NCBI GenBank assembly: GCA_017463255.1
Contig: JAFTPP010000015.1
Location: forward strand, 8,803 to 72,802
DNA: 64,000 nucleotides
Origin: Lachnospiraceae bacterium
GTDB taxonomy: Bacteria; Bacillota; Clostridia; Lachnospirales; Lachnospiraceae
Direction: 5' to 3'
Below the pieces are notes generated by a model. The model made no database searches. It was not told the DNA's origin and saw only the letters and a program-made list of their open reading frames with translations. Positions 31,854 to 42,991 of the stretch are shown piece after piece. The stretch's first letter is position 1. Each line of letters begins with the position of its first letter. A program made the position numbers and the translations under genes.

Positions 31854-33554
31854 ATGAAACTTAAGACGAAATTATTGATGATTACTTTATTACCGATTGT
31901 TATTTTAACTATTGCGGTGGTGGCTGTTACTGCTATAAAGGCAGAGGAAGCCATTGTACATGAAATCGAGGTTGCACTTGATGCAAGTGCTGTATCTTTA
32001 CGGGATGCTATTGAAATGACGGCAGATGGCGACTACACTTTGGATTACGAAGGGCATTTGCGTAAGGGGGATTTTGATGTCGCTGAGTATCAGGGATGGA
32101 TGGATGAATTAAGAGAAGAAGTGGGAATTTACCTTACTATTTTCTATAAAGATACCCGAATTCTTACCGGTGTTCTTGATGATAACGGCAATTATATTGT
32201 AGGAACAAAAGCCAGTGATACTGTTATATCAAAAGTATACTATGGAGGAAACACATATACTGCACAGAATGTAGATGTAAACGGTGAACCATTCTTTGCT
32301 TATTATATTCCTATCTTTAATGAGGGCTCTGAGCAGGCTGTCGGTATGATTTTTGCCGGAAGACCACAGCAGGGTGTGGAAGATGAAATAAGCGGAATTA
32401 TCCTTGCTATTGCAGGTATCTCAGCTGTCATTTTTGCAATTTCCATTGTAGTGTTACTCATCATTGTAAGTAAGCTTACAAAAGGATTGAAGACCAGTAT
32501 TTCAGCCTTAAACGAAGTGGCACAGGGTAATTTAACTGTTTCTGTTTCTGAAAAAGATAAGAAGCGTAAAGATGAAATCGGTGATATCGGAAGGGCAACA
32601 GCAGGATTAATTGACGGTTTGGTTGGAATTGTCGGAGCAATCCGTACACAGAGTGCTTCCTTAAATGAAGCTTCCATCGTTTTAAGCCAGACTGCTGAAG
32701 AAACAGCAAGCGTTGTGGAACAGGTTGAAAAGGCAGTTCAGGATATTGCTTCCGGAGCTACTTCCCAGGCTGATGAGACCCAGCAGGCAACAAGCAATGT
32801 TATCGTTATGGGTAACATGATTGAAGAGACTAATGAAGAAGCAAAACAATTAAATGAGCGTGCTCAGGATATGCTGAATAAAGGAAAGCAGGCAAATGCA
32901 ATTCTTGATAGCCTTAAGGGTATCAGTGTTCAGTCAGGAGAGAGTCTTGAAGCAGTGTATAAACAGACCATGACAACCAACGATTCAGCGATTAAGATTA
33001 AGGAAGCAATTGACCTTATTACTGCAATTGCTGAGGAGACTAATTTGCTTTCACTGAATGCTTCTATTGAAGCTGCCCGTGCAGGTGATGCAGGACGCGG
33101 ATTTGCGGTTGTTGCAACTCAGATTCAGAAGTTGGCTGAACAGTCTAATGAATCTGCATTAACCATTGATCAGATTATCAATGAATTATTAAATGATTCG
33201 GCTCAGGCAGTTGAAATCATGAAAGAATTAAAAGAAATTATTGAAAAACAGAACGAGCACGTAGCAGAAACGGGAGCAATCTTTGCGGAAGTAATGGATG
33301 GAATTGATTCTTCTATTGTGGGTGTTGGAAACATCCGAGAAAAATCAGCTGAGCTTGACGGAGCAAGAACGGGAGTTGTAGACATCGTTCAGAACCTGTC
33401 AGCAATTGCAGAAGAAAATGCTGCAAGTACAGAAGAAACATCAGCTTCTACAGCAGAAGTGGCAAGTATCGTAGGCGAAGTTGCAGATTCTGCAAAACAG
33501 TTAAGCCAGATAGCAGAGCATCTGGAAAATGAAATTTCTGTATTTCGAGTTTAA
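31854..33554 (+). CDS. methyl-accepting chemotaxis protein (Cache-like sensor, HAMP)
   Basis: Two TM helices flank an extracellular domain. [37 protein letters not shown]. Confidence 0.9.
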   Translation: MKLKTKLLMITLLPIVILTIAVVAVTAIKAEEAIVHEIEVALDASAVSLRDAIEMTADGDYTLDYEGHLRKGDFDVAEYQGWMDELREEVGIYLTIFYKDTRILTGVLDDNGNYIVGTKASDTVISKVYYGGNTYTAQNVDVNGEPFFAYYIPIFNEGSEQAVGMIFAGRPQQGVEDEISGIILAIAGISAVIFAISIVVLLIIVSKLTKGLKTSISALNEVAQGNLTVSVSEKDKKRKDEIGDIGRATAGLIDGLVGIVGAIRTQSASLNEASIVLSQTAEETASVVEQVEKAVQDIASGATSQADETQQATSNVIVMGNMIEETNEEAKQLNERAQDMLNKGKQANAILDSLKGISVQSGESLEAVYKQTMTTNDSAIKIKEAIDLITAIAEETNLLSLNASIEAARAGDAGRGFAVVATQIQKLAEQSNESALTIDQIINELLNDSAQAVEIMKELKEIIEKQNEHVAETGAIFAEVMDGIDSSIVGVGNIREKSAELDGARTGVVDIVQNLSAIAEENAASTEETSASTAEVASIVGEVADSAKQLSQIAEHLENEISVFRV

Positions 33555-33568
33555 TATGAAATAATTTT

Positions 33569-33600
33569 GTTTACCTCAGGACTTTCCTGAGGTAAACTTA
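33569..33600 (+). terminator. intrinsic terminator after the MCP gene
   Basis: gtttacctcagg-actttc-ctgaggtaaac followed by ttatt. Confidence 0.6.
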
Positions 33601-33645
33601 TTATTGAAATATATTTTGATTTTTTTTGGAGAAAACAACAGAATT

Positions 33646-34944
33646 ATGACAGAGTATAAAGTAAGACCATTTGTAAATCCTATTCGCGCCCAGGTAGAAG
33701 TCCCCGGTTCTAAAAGCATGACAAACCGGGCTTTGTTTATGGCCGCTATGGCAAAAGAAACAACCTTATTAAAGGGTGTATTGTTCAGTGATGATTCCAG
33801 ATTCTTTTTAAGTAGTTTGCAGTCCTTGGGATTTGATGTGCAAATAGATGAAGAAAAAAAAGAAGTAGTAATTCATGGAACAGGCGGAAAAATTCCCAAT
33901 AAGGAACCTGAAATCTATGTTGGCAGCGCAGGGACAGCAGCCCGTTTTCTTACGGCTTTTCTTGCATTAAATGATGTTAATGGGGTGATTCGTTGTTCCG
34001 AGCAAATGGCCAAAAGACCCATGAAGGCACTGTTTGATGCTTTGACATCTCTGGGGGCTGAATTTGAATGGCTGGGAGAAAAAGACCATCTTCCGGTGCA
34101 TGTACGCGGGAAAAAACAGGATGTTAAAGCTGAAGTTAATATAGATATTAGTAAGAGTACCCAGTTTTTAAGCGCTCTTATGATGTCAGGTCCTTTGTTT
34201 GAGGAAGGTCTTACGATTACAGTGACAAGCGATAAAAAAACAGGTTCCTACGTGCGTATTACCCAGAAGATGATGGAGCAATTTGGCTGTCAGGTTGTTT
34301 TTGACGGAAATAGTTATTTGGTTTTACCCCATAGCAGTTATGAATGCAAAGAATATCAAATTGAACCGGATGTGTCTGCCGCGGATTATTTTTATGCCAT
34401 GGCTCTTTTAACAGGAAGCGCAATCCTTGTAAAGAACGTGTATTTTGATTCGATGCAGGGAGATATTAAGTTATTAGATGTGTTTAGGCAGATGGGGTGT
34501 GATGTACGCGAGGAAGAAGCTGGAATCCGGGTAACCGGTAGAGATGATATGCAGTACGAGGCAGTGACCGTGGATATGAATGATTTTTCAGACCAGACCA
34601 TGACCCTTGCAGCTGTGGCAGCTTACTTAAAAGGCGTAACCAGAATATGTAATGTGGGTCATATCAGAGGGCAGGAGTCTAACCGCATGTTAGCCATTGT
34701 GACAGAATTAAATAAGGTTGGAATTGATTGTTTTGAAGAGGGCGACGATTTGGTGATTCAGGGAGGAATGCCGAAAGCAGCAGCCATGGATACCTATGAA
34801 GACCATAGAATGGCAATGGCATTTTCTTTACTTGGTTTAAGAACAGAAGGAATTGTGATTAAGGACCCATTATGTTGCGGGAAGACCTTTGAAAACTATT
34901 TTACGGTTTTAGACAGTCTAATTGACATATCACGTGGAGAATGA
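33646..34944 (+). CDS. aroA: 3-phosphoshikimate 1-carboxyvinyltransferase (EPSP synthase)
   Basis: VPGSKSMTNRAL, GSAGTAARFL, DHRMAMAF motifs. Confidence 0.9.
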   Translation: MTEYKVRPFVNPIRAQVEVPGSKSMTNRALFMAAMAKETTLLKGVLFSDDSRFFLSSLQSLGFDVQIDEEKKEVVIHGTGGKIPNKEPEIYVGSAGTAARFLTAFLALNDVNGVIRCSEQMAKRPMKALFDALTSLGAEFEWLGEKDHLPVHVRGKKQDVKAEVNIDISKSTQFLSALMMSGPLFEEGLTITVTSDKKTGSYVRITQKMMEQFGCQVVFDGNSYLVLPHSSYECKEYQIEPDVSAADYFYAMALLTGSAILVKNVYFDSMQGDIKLLDVFRQMGCDVREEEAGIRVTGRDDMQYEAVTVDMNDFSDQTMTLAAVAAYLKGVTRICNVGHIRGQESNRMLAIVTELNKVGIDCFEEGDDLVIQGGMPKAAAMDTYEDHRMAMAFSLLGLRTEGIVIKDPLCCGKTFENYFTVLDSLIDISRGE

Positions 34945-34957
34945 GAGGACGTATCAG

Positions 34958-36784
34958 GTGAATTTATTATCACTGGAACATATCAGTAAGTCATATGGTG
35001 TGAAAAAAACACTGGATGACGTAAGCTTTTTCTTGCAGGAAGGAGAAAAAGTAGGGATTATCGGGATTAACGGAACAGGAAAGTCTACTTTGCTTAGAAT
35101 CGTAGCAGGATTTGAAGAACCGGATGTCGGGAAAGTAACGTTAGCGAATCATGTTGTGATTCGTTTTTTGTCACAGCATCCTGTGTTTGAAGATAAAAAA
35201 ACAGTTTTGGAAAGTGTTCTTGCAGATTGTGCGAGACAAAACAATGTAAAAGACGGAAATGGACTAAGCTGGGATTTAGAAGCTAAGGCCAAAGAAATGC
35301 TAATGCGATTTGGCATCTATGATATGAATGAAGAAGTGGGGCATCTATCGGGTGGTCAGAGAAAACGTCTGGCCCTTGTGGCGGTTTTACTTGCAGATTC
35401 GGATATCTTAATTCTGGACGAGCCTACCAACCATTTGGATGAGAATATGTCAGCATGGCTTGAAGATTATCTTAAGAATACAAAAAAAGCATTGATTATG
35501 GTGACCCATGACAGATATTTTTTGGACAGCGTTACCAATAGAATTGTAGAGATTTCTAAGGGGAATCTCTATTCCTATCAGGCTAATTACAGCGAATATT
35601 TAAGGCTGAAGCAAGAACGGATTATGATGGAAAATGCCAGTGAAAGAAAGCGTCAGTCGATTTTGCGTAAAGAGATTGCCTGGATGCAGCGTGGAGCGAG
35701 AGCCAGAAGCACAAAACAAAAAGCTCACATTCAAAGGTATGAAGAGTTGGCAGCAATGGAAGGTCCCACCAGGGAAGAACAGGTGTATTTAAGCAGTGCA
35801 TATTCGCGATTGGGAAAAACGACCATTGAACTTAAGGACATTAGCAAGCGATACGGGGAAAAAACGTTAATCAACGATTTCTCATATATCTTTTTAAAAG
35901 ATGACAGAGTGGGATTTGTGGGCGCCAACGGATGTGGTAAGACTACGTTAATGAAGATCATTGAAGGTAGTCTTATGCCTGATTCGGGTACGATAGAACG
36001 GGGACAGACTGTAAAAATCGGGTACTATGCCCAGGAAATCGGTACAGATATTATGAATCCTACAGATAGGGTAATTGACTATATCAGGGATGTGGCAGAA
36101 TATGTAGAAACTGCCGATGGAAAGTTGTCAGCATCGGCAATGTTGGAACGGTTCTTATTTGAAGGAGAAGTTCAGTACGGATTATTAGGAAAACTGTCGG
36201 GTGGTGAAAAAAGAAGATTGTATTTGTGCCGCGTTCTGATGGAAGCTCCTAATGTACTGATTTTAGATGAACCTACCAATGATTTGGATATAGCAACGTT
36301 GCAGATTTTGGAAGACTATTTAGATTCTTTTGCAGGCATTGTTATTGTGGTAAGTCATGACAGATATTTTCTGGACCGCGTTGTAAGAAGAATTTTTGCA
36401 TTTGAAGGTGGAAAGCTTACCCAATATGAAGGTGGTTATTCCGATTATGCGGCTAAGAGAAACAATGGGATTGTGCAGAACGCAAGCACCCCTAAAAAGA
36501 GCGAAAAAGACGAAAATCAAAAAAATTCATACAAAATCCGACAGAAAAAATTAAAATTTTCCTTTGCAGAACAGAGGGAGTATGAGACAATAGAAGAAGA
36601 GATAGCAAAACTGGAAGCACTTCTTATGGAATTGGAACAGGAAGAGATTAAGAATGCGACCAACAGCGTCAAACTAAATGAATTGGCTCTTAAGAGAACG
36701 GAAACGGAAGAAAAGCTTGAGGAGAGAATGCAACGCTGGATGTATCTTGAAGAACTGGCAATGAAAATTGAAGAGCAAGGTTAA
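34958..36784 (+). CDS. ABC-F family ATPase (two ABC domains, C-terminal coiled coil)
   Basis: Walker A GINGTGKST and GANGCGKTT. Signatures LSGGQRKR and LSGGEKRR. GTG start at 34958 after the aroA stop, with a GAGAGG RBS. Confidence 0.85.
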   Translation: MNLLSLEHISKSYGVKKTLDDVSFFLQEGEKVGIIGINGTGKSTLLRIVAGFEEPDVGKVTLANHVVIRFLSQHPVFEDKKTVLESVLADCARQNNVKDGNGLSWDLEAKAKEMLMRFGIYDMNEEVGHLSGGQRKRLALVAVLLADSDILILDEPTNHLDENMSAWLEDYLKNTKKALIMVTHDRYFLDSVTNRIVEISKGNLYSYQANYSEYLRLKQERIMMENASERKRQSILRKEIAWMQRGARARSTKQKAHIQRYEELAAMEGPTREEQVYLSSAYSRLGKTTIELKDISKRYGEKTLINDFSYIFLKDDRVGFVGANGCGKTTLMKIIEGSLMPDSGTIERGQTVKIGYYAQEIGTDIMNPTDRVIDYIRDVAEYVETADGKLSASAMLERFLFEGEVQYGLLGKLSGGEKRRLYLCRVLMEAPNVLILDEPTNDLDIATLQILEDYLDSFAGIVIVVSHDRYFLDRVVRRIFAFEGGKLTQYEGGYSDYAAKRNNGIVQNASTPKKSEKDENQKNSYKIRQKKLKFSFAEQREYETIEEEIAKLEALLMELEQEEIKNATNSVKLNELALKRTETEEKLEERMQRWMYLEELAMKIEEQG

Positions 36785-36795
36785 GGGGATAAGGA

Positions 36796-37851
36796 ATGAA
36801 GAAATTCATCAGTCGTTTGCTCGTTACGGTTACGGCAACAATGTTTGTGCTAACCGGATGCGGTAAGGATGAACAAATTGAATATATCAATAAGGGAATA
36901 AAAGAGATAGAGGCAACCAATTACGCTACGGCTTTGGAGCATTTAAACGCTGCCAGTGAGATATCTTCGGAAGGCATGGCGTTATATAGGGCATATGGAT
37001 TAGCATATATGGGTATGTCAGAATATGAAAAAGCGGTAGAGGCCTTTGAGCATGCGCTTACCTATTCAAGCGGTGAACTTACGGATTATGAGTATGATAT
37101 TAATTATTATCTGGCAACGGCTTACTATAAGTGTGGCATGTATAAAGAGGCAGAGGCGGTATATTCAGCTATCCTTGCTTTAAAGCCAAAGGAAAGAGAT
37201 GCTTACTATCTTCGCGGTGTGGTTGAGTTAACCAATGGGGAACACGACGCTGCGGTAGAGGATTTTGAAAAGGCCATTTCCCTTGATAGAAATGATTATT
37301 CCATTTACATTAATATCTATACTACTTTGGCTGAGTACGGGTATGAAGAAGAAGGAATACAATATTTAAACAGTGTTATGGCTTCTGAAAATTCCGGGAT
37401 GTCTAACTTTGATAAAGGACGGGTGTGCTACTATCTTGGAGATTACGCCAATGCGTGTATTTATTTGGAAGCAGCATATAAGGGAAGCGTCAATGAAGAA
37501 GTTATTCTTTTTTTAGGCAGGTCTTATGAAGCAGAAGGGAATTTGAATTATGCAATTACCTTGTATACCAAGTTTTTGATGGAAAAGAGTCAAAGCGCCA
37601 TGGTATATAATCAGCTTGGTTTATGCAAGCTTGAGCAAGGCAATTACAAGGAAGCTTTGGAAGCATTCCAGACAGCTATGATGAGTGAAAATAATAACAT
37701 GATGCAGACTCTTAAGTATAATGAGATAGTGGCATATGAGTATCTCGGTGAGTATACCAAAGCGTTGATTTTGATGGAAAGCTATTTGACAAGCTATCCT
37801 GATGATGTGAATGCCCAAAGAGAGTATGAATTTCTAAAGACACGCGCTTAG
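36796..37851 (+). CDS. tetratricopeptide-repeat lipoprotein
   Basis: Lipobox LTGC. Repeated A..Y..G.Y..A...F..AL TPR units. Confidence 0.7.
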   Translation: MKKFISRLLVTVTATMFVLTGCGKDEQIEYINKGIKEIEATNYATALEHLNAASEISSEGMALYRAYGLAYMGMSEYEKAVEAFEHALTYSSGELTDYEYDINYYLATAYYKCGMYKEAEAVYSAILALKPKERDAYYLRGVVELTNGEHDAAVEDFEKAISLDRNDYSIYINIYTTLAEYGYEEEGIQYLNSVMASENSGMSNFDKGRVCYYLGDYANACIYLEAAYKGSVNEEVILFLGRSYEAEGNLNYAITLYTKFLMEKSQSAMVYNQLGLCKLEQGNYKEALEAFQTAMMSENNNMMQTLKYNEIVAYEYLGEYTKALILMESYLTSYPDDVNAQREYEFLKTRA

Positions 37852-37870
37852 GCAGAAAGGCGGTATTATT

Positions 37871-38266
37871 ATGAATAATATGTATGTACGCGTAAAGGGA
37901 ATTGTAAAAAAAGAAGATAAGTACCTTGTGTTAAAACGCTGGGTGGATGATAAGATTCCGGATCCCTTTGTGTGGGAATTTATTGATGGTGAAATCAATC
38001 ACGGTGAATCGCCGGATGATGCTATTAAGCGTATTGTCCATGAGAGTATGGGGGTGGATTGCGGTATCAGTAAGCTTATTTATACCTGGTCTAATATGAT
38101 TGGAGATACCCAGTGCGTAGGAATTGCCTATCTATTAAATGTAGAAGATGAAGACTTTAATCTACACGAAGATTTTGGCGAATGGGCATGGATTACAAGA
38201 GATGAATTTGAGTATTATATCGAAAACAGGTATGTACTAAAAGACCTTGACGGTGTAGAATTATAA
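37871..38266 (+). CDS. NUDIX family hydrolase (divergent Nudix box)
   Basis: GEINHGESPDDAIKRIVHESMGV fits GX5EX7REUXEEXGU loosely. Confidence 0.6.
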   Translation: MNNMYVRVKGIVKKEDKYLVLKRWVDDKIPDPFVWEFIDGEINHGESPDDAIKRIVHESMGVDCGISKLIYTWSNMIGDTQCVGIAYLLNVEDEDFNLHEDFGEWAWITRDEFEYYIENRYVLKDLDGVEL

Positions 38267-38290
38267 CAAATCAAATAAGCGGAGGCAGAC

Positions 38291-39211
38291 ATGATTAACA
38301 AACTTGTAGCAAAGATTAAAAAAACGGAAGCACCAATTGTTGTGGGTTTAGATCCTACACTTAAGTTTATTCCGGAACACATTTTGAAAAAAGCGTATGC
38401 GGAATACGGAGAAACATTGAAAGCAGTTGGAGAAGCTGTATGGCAGTATAACAAAGGAATTATTGATAATACATATGATTTGATTCCGGCAGTAAAACCT
38501 CAGATTGCTATGTATGAGCAGTTTGGTATTGAAGGATTAATCGCATATCAGAAAACAGTAGAATACTGTAAGGAAAAAGATTTGGTAGTAATCGGTGACA
38601 TTAAGCGTGGTGATATTGGCTCTACATCAACAGCTTATGCAATCGGACATCTTGGTAAAGTGAAAGTAGGAAGCAACGAATACAGAGGCTTTGATACTGA
38701 TTTTGTAACCGTGAATCCATATCTTGGTTCTGACGGAGTAAATCCGTTTATCGATGTATGTAAGGAAGAGAAAAAGGGTATTTTTGTTCTGGTTAAGACT
38801 TCTAATCCAAGTAGTGGAGAGTTCCAGGACCGTATTATTGATGGCAAACCCTTATATGAATGGGTTGGTGAGAAGGTTGATGAATGGGGCAAACAGTGCA
38901 TGGGTGATGATTACAGCTATGTAGGTGCCGTAGTTGGAGCAACCTATCCTGAAATGGGTAAGGTTTTAAGAAAAGTAATGCCAAAATCGTACATCCTTGT
39001 ACCGGGCTATGGTGCACAGGGCGGAACCGGAAAAGATTTGGTTCACTTCTTTAACGAAGACGGCCTTGGAGCAATTGTTAACTCATCACGAGGCATTATT
39101 GCTGCGTACCAGCAGGAAAAATACGCAAAATACGGAGCTTTAAATTATGCGGATGCTTCAAGGGCAGCAGTTGTTGATATGATTGATGACTTGAAGAATG
39201 CTTTAAAGTAA
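38291..39211 (+). CDS. pyrF: orotidine 5'-phosphate decarboxylase (long, type 2)
   Basis: VGLDP, VKPQIAMYE, VIGDIKRGDIGST motifs. Confidence 0.88.
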   Translation: MINKLVAKIKKTEAPIVVGLDPTLKFIPEHILKKAYAEYGETLKAVGEAVWQYNKGIIDNTYDLIPAVKPQIAMYEQFGIEGLIAYQKTVEYCKEKDLVVIGDIKRGDIGSTSTAYAIGHLGKVKVGSNEYRGFDTDFVTVNPYLGSDGVNPFIDVCKEEKKGIFVLVKTSNPSSGEFQDRIIDGKPLYEWVGEKVDEWGKQCMGDDYSYVGAVVGATYPEMGKVLRKVMPKSYILVPGYGAQGGTGKDLVHFFNEDGLGAIVNSSRGIIAAYQQEKYAKYGALNYADASRAAVVDMIDDLKNALK

Positions 39212-39232
39212 GTTATTTGTATTTAACATAAT

Positions 39233-39266
39233 AGTGCGGCTTTCCATATGGGAAGCCGCACTTATT
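39233..39266. terminator. bidirectional terminator between pyrF and the GGDEF-EAL gene
   Basis: agtgcggctttcc-atat-gggaagccgcact, followed by a T-rich tail. Confidence 0.65.
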
Positions 39267-39287
39267 TATGTACAAAATAAATATACT

Positions 39288-41258
39288 TTATCCGTCGGTT
39301 AACAAAACGTTGAAATCATCCCGTTGGATATAGGATTGATGCAGATCTTTAATAAAATCAAAGTCCTTAGTTTCGTTATAAATTACTAATTCGCATATAT
39401 TACCTGTGAAGGATTGTTGGAAAACATCACCGCCAAGAATAATGGATTTCACATAGCGGTTGGTAGGAACATTTTGAACAATACCAACAACTTCACCGTT
39501 AATAAAGGCAACAGCAGTTTCTGTTTTAGCATTATAAGTGGCTGCGTAGTGTACCCATTTTCCCGGTAAGAGAGGAGCACCACTTACGTCGTACCAGCCA
39601 TTCACCTCTTTAGAATCACGGACTCTAAAGTCTGATACGCTATCCCATGCATATGGAATAATAGCACAGAAGCCGGTTTCGAATTTTGCATAAAAAGTAG
39701 CCGACCAAGCATGAATGTTATCAGGTTTAACCCACATGGAAATGGTATAGCTGTCATTTGCCATGGCAGTGGTAGGAATCCTGACAGTATTGGTTTCCAA
39801 AGGACCGCCGGGGAAATGTAAGGATTTTGCACCTTTAAAGATGCCGTCCTGATATTCAAGTCCCTCTCCGTGAATATATCCTTCCATGGTACCGTCCTCG
39901 GAACGAAGGTTTCCGTTAAGACGGAATGTATAATTGGAACGGATATGTGAAGTATATTCATCTGCAAAGGCTAAGAATTCCTCTAACTGTAATGGCTTGG
40001 CATACAAGAAGCCTTGTACAATAGGACAACCACAGCTGATAATAAAGTCAGCTTGTTCTTTTGTCTCGATACCTTCTGTTACTACGTCCATTTTTAAGTC
40101 ACGGCAAAGAGAGATTACGTTACGGATAACCTTTTTACCGCGAAGGGTATTAGAAGAAACATGGAGAAAATTCCTGTCAAGCTTAATGGTATCTACTTCC
40201 AAGTCTTTTAATAAGTTTAATGCTGAAAATCCGGAACCAAAATCGTCAATGGATACTAGAAATCCCAATCTTCTTAAGCGGTCTACTGTTTTAATTAATT
40301 CCTCATGGTCTTTAATAAAAATACTCTCCGTAATCTCAATTTCCAATTCTCTGGTAGGAATATGATATTTGTGCGCAAGGGACGCAAGGGTTTCCGGAAA
40401 GTTTTTGTGATATAAATGAAGGCGTGACATATTGACGGAAACAGGAATATGCTCAAAACGCTGTCCCACCCAAGATGATTTAATACGGCACACTTCTTCA
40501 AAAATATACATATCAAGCTTGGAAATAAATCCGTTCTTTTCAAAAAGAGGGATATAGGAAGCTGGGGGTCTGACTCCGTCTACGGGATGAACCCAGCGGG
40601 AAAGACCTTCTGCACCATACAATTCTGAGGTAATCATGTTAACCTTCGGTTGAAGATATACCACGAATTCTCCGTTTGCAAGAGCGTCTTCCATTTCCAA
40701 TTCAATATTACGGTTAATCTCAATGGTTTTATCATATGCTTTGTATACAGTATAACGGTTTTTACCGTCATATTTTGCCTGATACATGGCGGCATCACAT
40801 TTGGCTAAGACTTCGTCCAAAGACTGGGATACGGATTGGTCCATTACGATACCGATACTTAGTGAAATGAGGGATAATACGTCTTTACGATAGTCCATAT
40901 GTTCCAAGTTTAAAAGAAGCTTGTCCGCAATGTCCGTAATCTCTTTTTCAGTTGCAGAACCATCGAATAAAACAACGTATTCATCGCCACCGATTCTGGA
41001 GGCAAAACCATTGGTATAGGTTTCAATCATCTGGCTGATTCCGATTAAGAGCTTATCACCCATACTGTGTCCGTATACATCGTTGACACGTTTAAAATTA
41101 TCCACATCAAGAAACATTGCATGAACAATATTATCCTTGCCTAAGGAATAATAGTAGTCATACAATCCGCGACGGCTTGCAAGTCCGGTTAAGTAGTCTC
41201 TGTCAATGGGAGATACATTGAGACCGAGTCGTTTTTCTCTTTCTTTGATATTGTTCAT
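39288..41258 (-). CDS. GGDEF-EAL protein with C-terminal LamG/concanavalin-like domain
   Basis: GGDEF region RIGGDEYVVLF. EAL-domain motifs QPKV..AEGLSRW, ELEIEITES, DDFGSGFS, KLDR, EGIET, QGFLYAKP. C-terminal YTISMWVKPD...GKWVHYAATYN...INGEVVG resembles LamG. AGGAGG RBS before the ATG at 41258. Confidence 0.85.
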   Translation of the reverse strand: MNNIKEREKRLGLNVSPIDRDYLTGLASRRGLYDYYYSLGKDNIVHAMFLDVDNFKRVNDVYGHSMGDKLLIGISQMIETYTNGFASRIGGDEYVVLFDGSATEKEITDIADKLLLNLEHMDYRKDVLSLISLSIGIVMDQSVSQSLDEVLAKCDAAMYQAKYDGKNRYTVYKAYDKTIEINRNIELEMEDALANGEFVVYLQPKVNMITSELYGAEGLSRWVHPVDGVRPPASYIPLFEKNGFISKLDMYIFEEVCRIKSSWVGQRFEHIPVSVNMSRLHLYHKNFPETLASLAHKYHIPTRELEIEITESIFIKDHEELIKTVDRLRRLGFLVSIDDFGSGFSALNLLKDLEVDTIKLDRNFLHVSSNTLRGKKVIRNVISLCRDLKMDVVTEGIETKEQADFIISCGCPIVQGFLYAKPLQLEEFLAFADEYTSHIRSNYTFRLNGNLRSEDGTMEGYIHGEGLEYQDGIFKGAKSLHFPGGPLETNTVRIPTTAMANDSYTISMWVKPDNIHAWSATFYAKFETGFCAIIPYAWDSVSDFRVRDSKEVNGWYDVSGAPLLPGKWVHYAATYNAKTETAVAFINGEVVGIVQNVPTNRYVKSIILGGDVFQQSFTGNICELVIYNETKDFDFIKDLHQSYIQRDDFNVLLTDG

Positions 41259-41408
41259 ACAACCTCCTAAGCTCAAAAAAGGATGCCAAAGGTACTATTT
41301 TTTTCATTATAGCACTATTGTATATAAAAGCCAACAAATCATTGTAAAGTTACAAAATTTTTGGTATAGTAGGAGTACAAAAAATTGAGAAAAGGATAAG
41401 GTGAAGCT

Positions 41409-42965
41409 ATGATAAAAAAACGTCTTATTTCCCTAATTTTGTGTAGTGTTATGACATTATTTTCTTTGGTCGGATGCGCGGGCAAAGCGGAGAATGTCAA
41501 AGTGGATACATCAAAATTTGACTATACGGTTGACTATTCCGATGTAGCTACCGGTTCTGTCAATGCAAGGGTATCCGTTCATGATCCGTCCATTATTAAA
41601 GCGGATGGTAAATATTATATTTTTGGCTCTCACATGGTGGGAGGAAGTACAGAAGATTTAAGATCCTGGACGAGACTTGGAAATGGTTATTCAGAAAAAA
41701 ATACCATTTACGGCAACCTGTTTGAAGAAGGATTGCATGTGTTTGATTATGCGGGAAGTGGTGACAGTATTATTCCTACAGATGATGGAGGAGTACATGT
41801 TTGGGCACCTGATGCAATCTATAATCCGACTACAGGATTGTACTATCTTTATTATTGTACCACTTCTACATGGAATGCTTCCAACCTTTGTTACGCAACT
41901 TCTGAAAATGTAGAAGGTCCTTATGAGTGGCAGGGAGCTTTGATTTATTCCGGATTTTCTAAAAAAACAGTACATGATACCAATGTTTTAGATGTGGTAG
42001 ATGAAGACTGGGTATTGGATAATTATATGGGGTCAGACGGATACAATTTTAGAAAGTATCCAAACGCAATTGACCCAAGTATCTTTTTTGATGAAGACGG
42101 AAGATGGTGGATGGTTTATGGCTCTTGGTCAGGCGGTATGTATCTGTTAGAACTTGATGTAAATACCGGCAAGGTAATTCATCCGGAAGCAGACCCTGAG
42201 AATAATGTGGATCCGTATTACGGAAAATGCCTGATGGGTGGTGGACATTCTTCTATGGAAGGACCGTACATCTTATATGATGATAAGAGCGGATATTATT
42301 ATTTATTTGTATCCTATGGTTCACTTACTACATATGGTGGATATCAAATCCGTGTATTCCGTTCTGAAACAGTAGATGGTGATTATGTAGATATGAACGG
42401 ACAGTATCCGCCTAACGTGGGGGATCATGCATTGTACGGATTGAAAATGTCAGGCAACTACATGCTTCCAAGTTTAAAACGTGCGTATATGGCCACAGGA
42501 CATAATTCAGCATTTATTGATGATGATGGAAAAATGTATGTGGTATATCATACAAGATTTGATGACGGAACGGAGAATCATTCTCCCCGTGTGAAACAGT
42601 TCTTCTTAAACAAGGAAGGCTGGCCTTGTATGCTTCCTTATGCTACCAACGGGGAAACGATTTCTGAAACAGGATATGATAAGTCAGAAGTAGAGGGAAG
42701 ATATTACGTTGTGAATCAGGGAACCAAGATTGATGCAAAGGTTGCTGAGCCGTTTATCTTATATTTGGCAGCAGACGGTAAGGTTTATGGTGATGGCATT
42801 GAGGGTACATGGACTACAACAAAGGACAGCTACTATATGACTGTTTCTTATAAGAATAAAGAATATAGTGGTGTATTTTGTAAGATGCTTGATGAAGCAG
42901 GAACAGAGGTTATGGCCTTTAGCGCAGTGGGCAGCAATGAAAGTGTCTGGGGCGTTAAATACTAA
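41409..42965 (+). CDS. GH43 family glycoside hydrolase lipoprotein (arabinanase/arabinofuranosidase-like)
   Basis: Lipobox LVGC. VHDPSIIKADGKYYIFGSH, VWAPD and SMEGPY motifs of the GH43 beta-propeller. Confidence 0.85.
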   Translation: MIKKRLISLILCSVMTLFSLVGCAGKAENVKVDTSKFDYTVDYSDVATGSVNARVSVHDPSIIKADGKYYIFGSHMVGGSTEDLRSWTRLGNGYSEKNTIYGNLFEEGLHVFDYAGSGDSIIPTDDGGVHVWAPDAIYNPTTGLYYLYYCTTSTWNASNLCYATSENVEGPYEWQGALIYSGFSKKTVHDTNVLDVVDEDWVLDNYMGSDGYNFRKYPNAIDPSIFFDEDGRWWMVYGSWSGGMYLLELDVNTGKVIHPEADPENNVDPYYGKCLMGGGHSSMEGPYILYDDKSGYYYLFVSYGSLTTYGGYQIRVFRSETVDGDYVDMNGQYPPNVGDHALYGLKMSGNYMLPSLKRAYMATGHNSAFIDDDGKMYVVYHTRFDDGTENHSPRVKQFFLNKEGWPCMLPYATNGETISETGYDKSEVEGRYYVVNQGTKIDAKVAEPFILYLAADGKVYGDGIEGTWTTTKDSYYMTVSYKNKEYSGVFCKMLDEAGTEVMAFSAVGSNESVWGVKY

Positions 42966-42991
42966 GATTCAGTATAAGTTAAGTGCAGATG

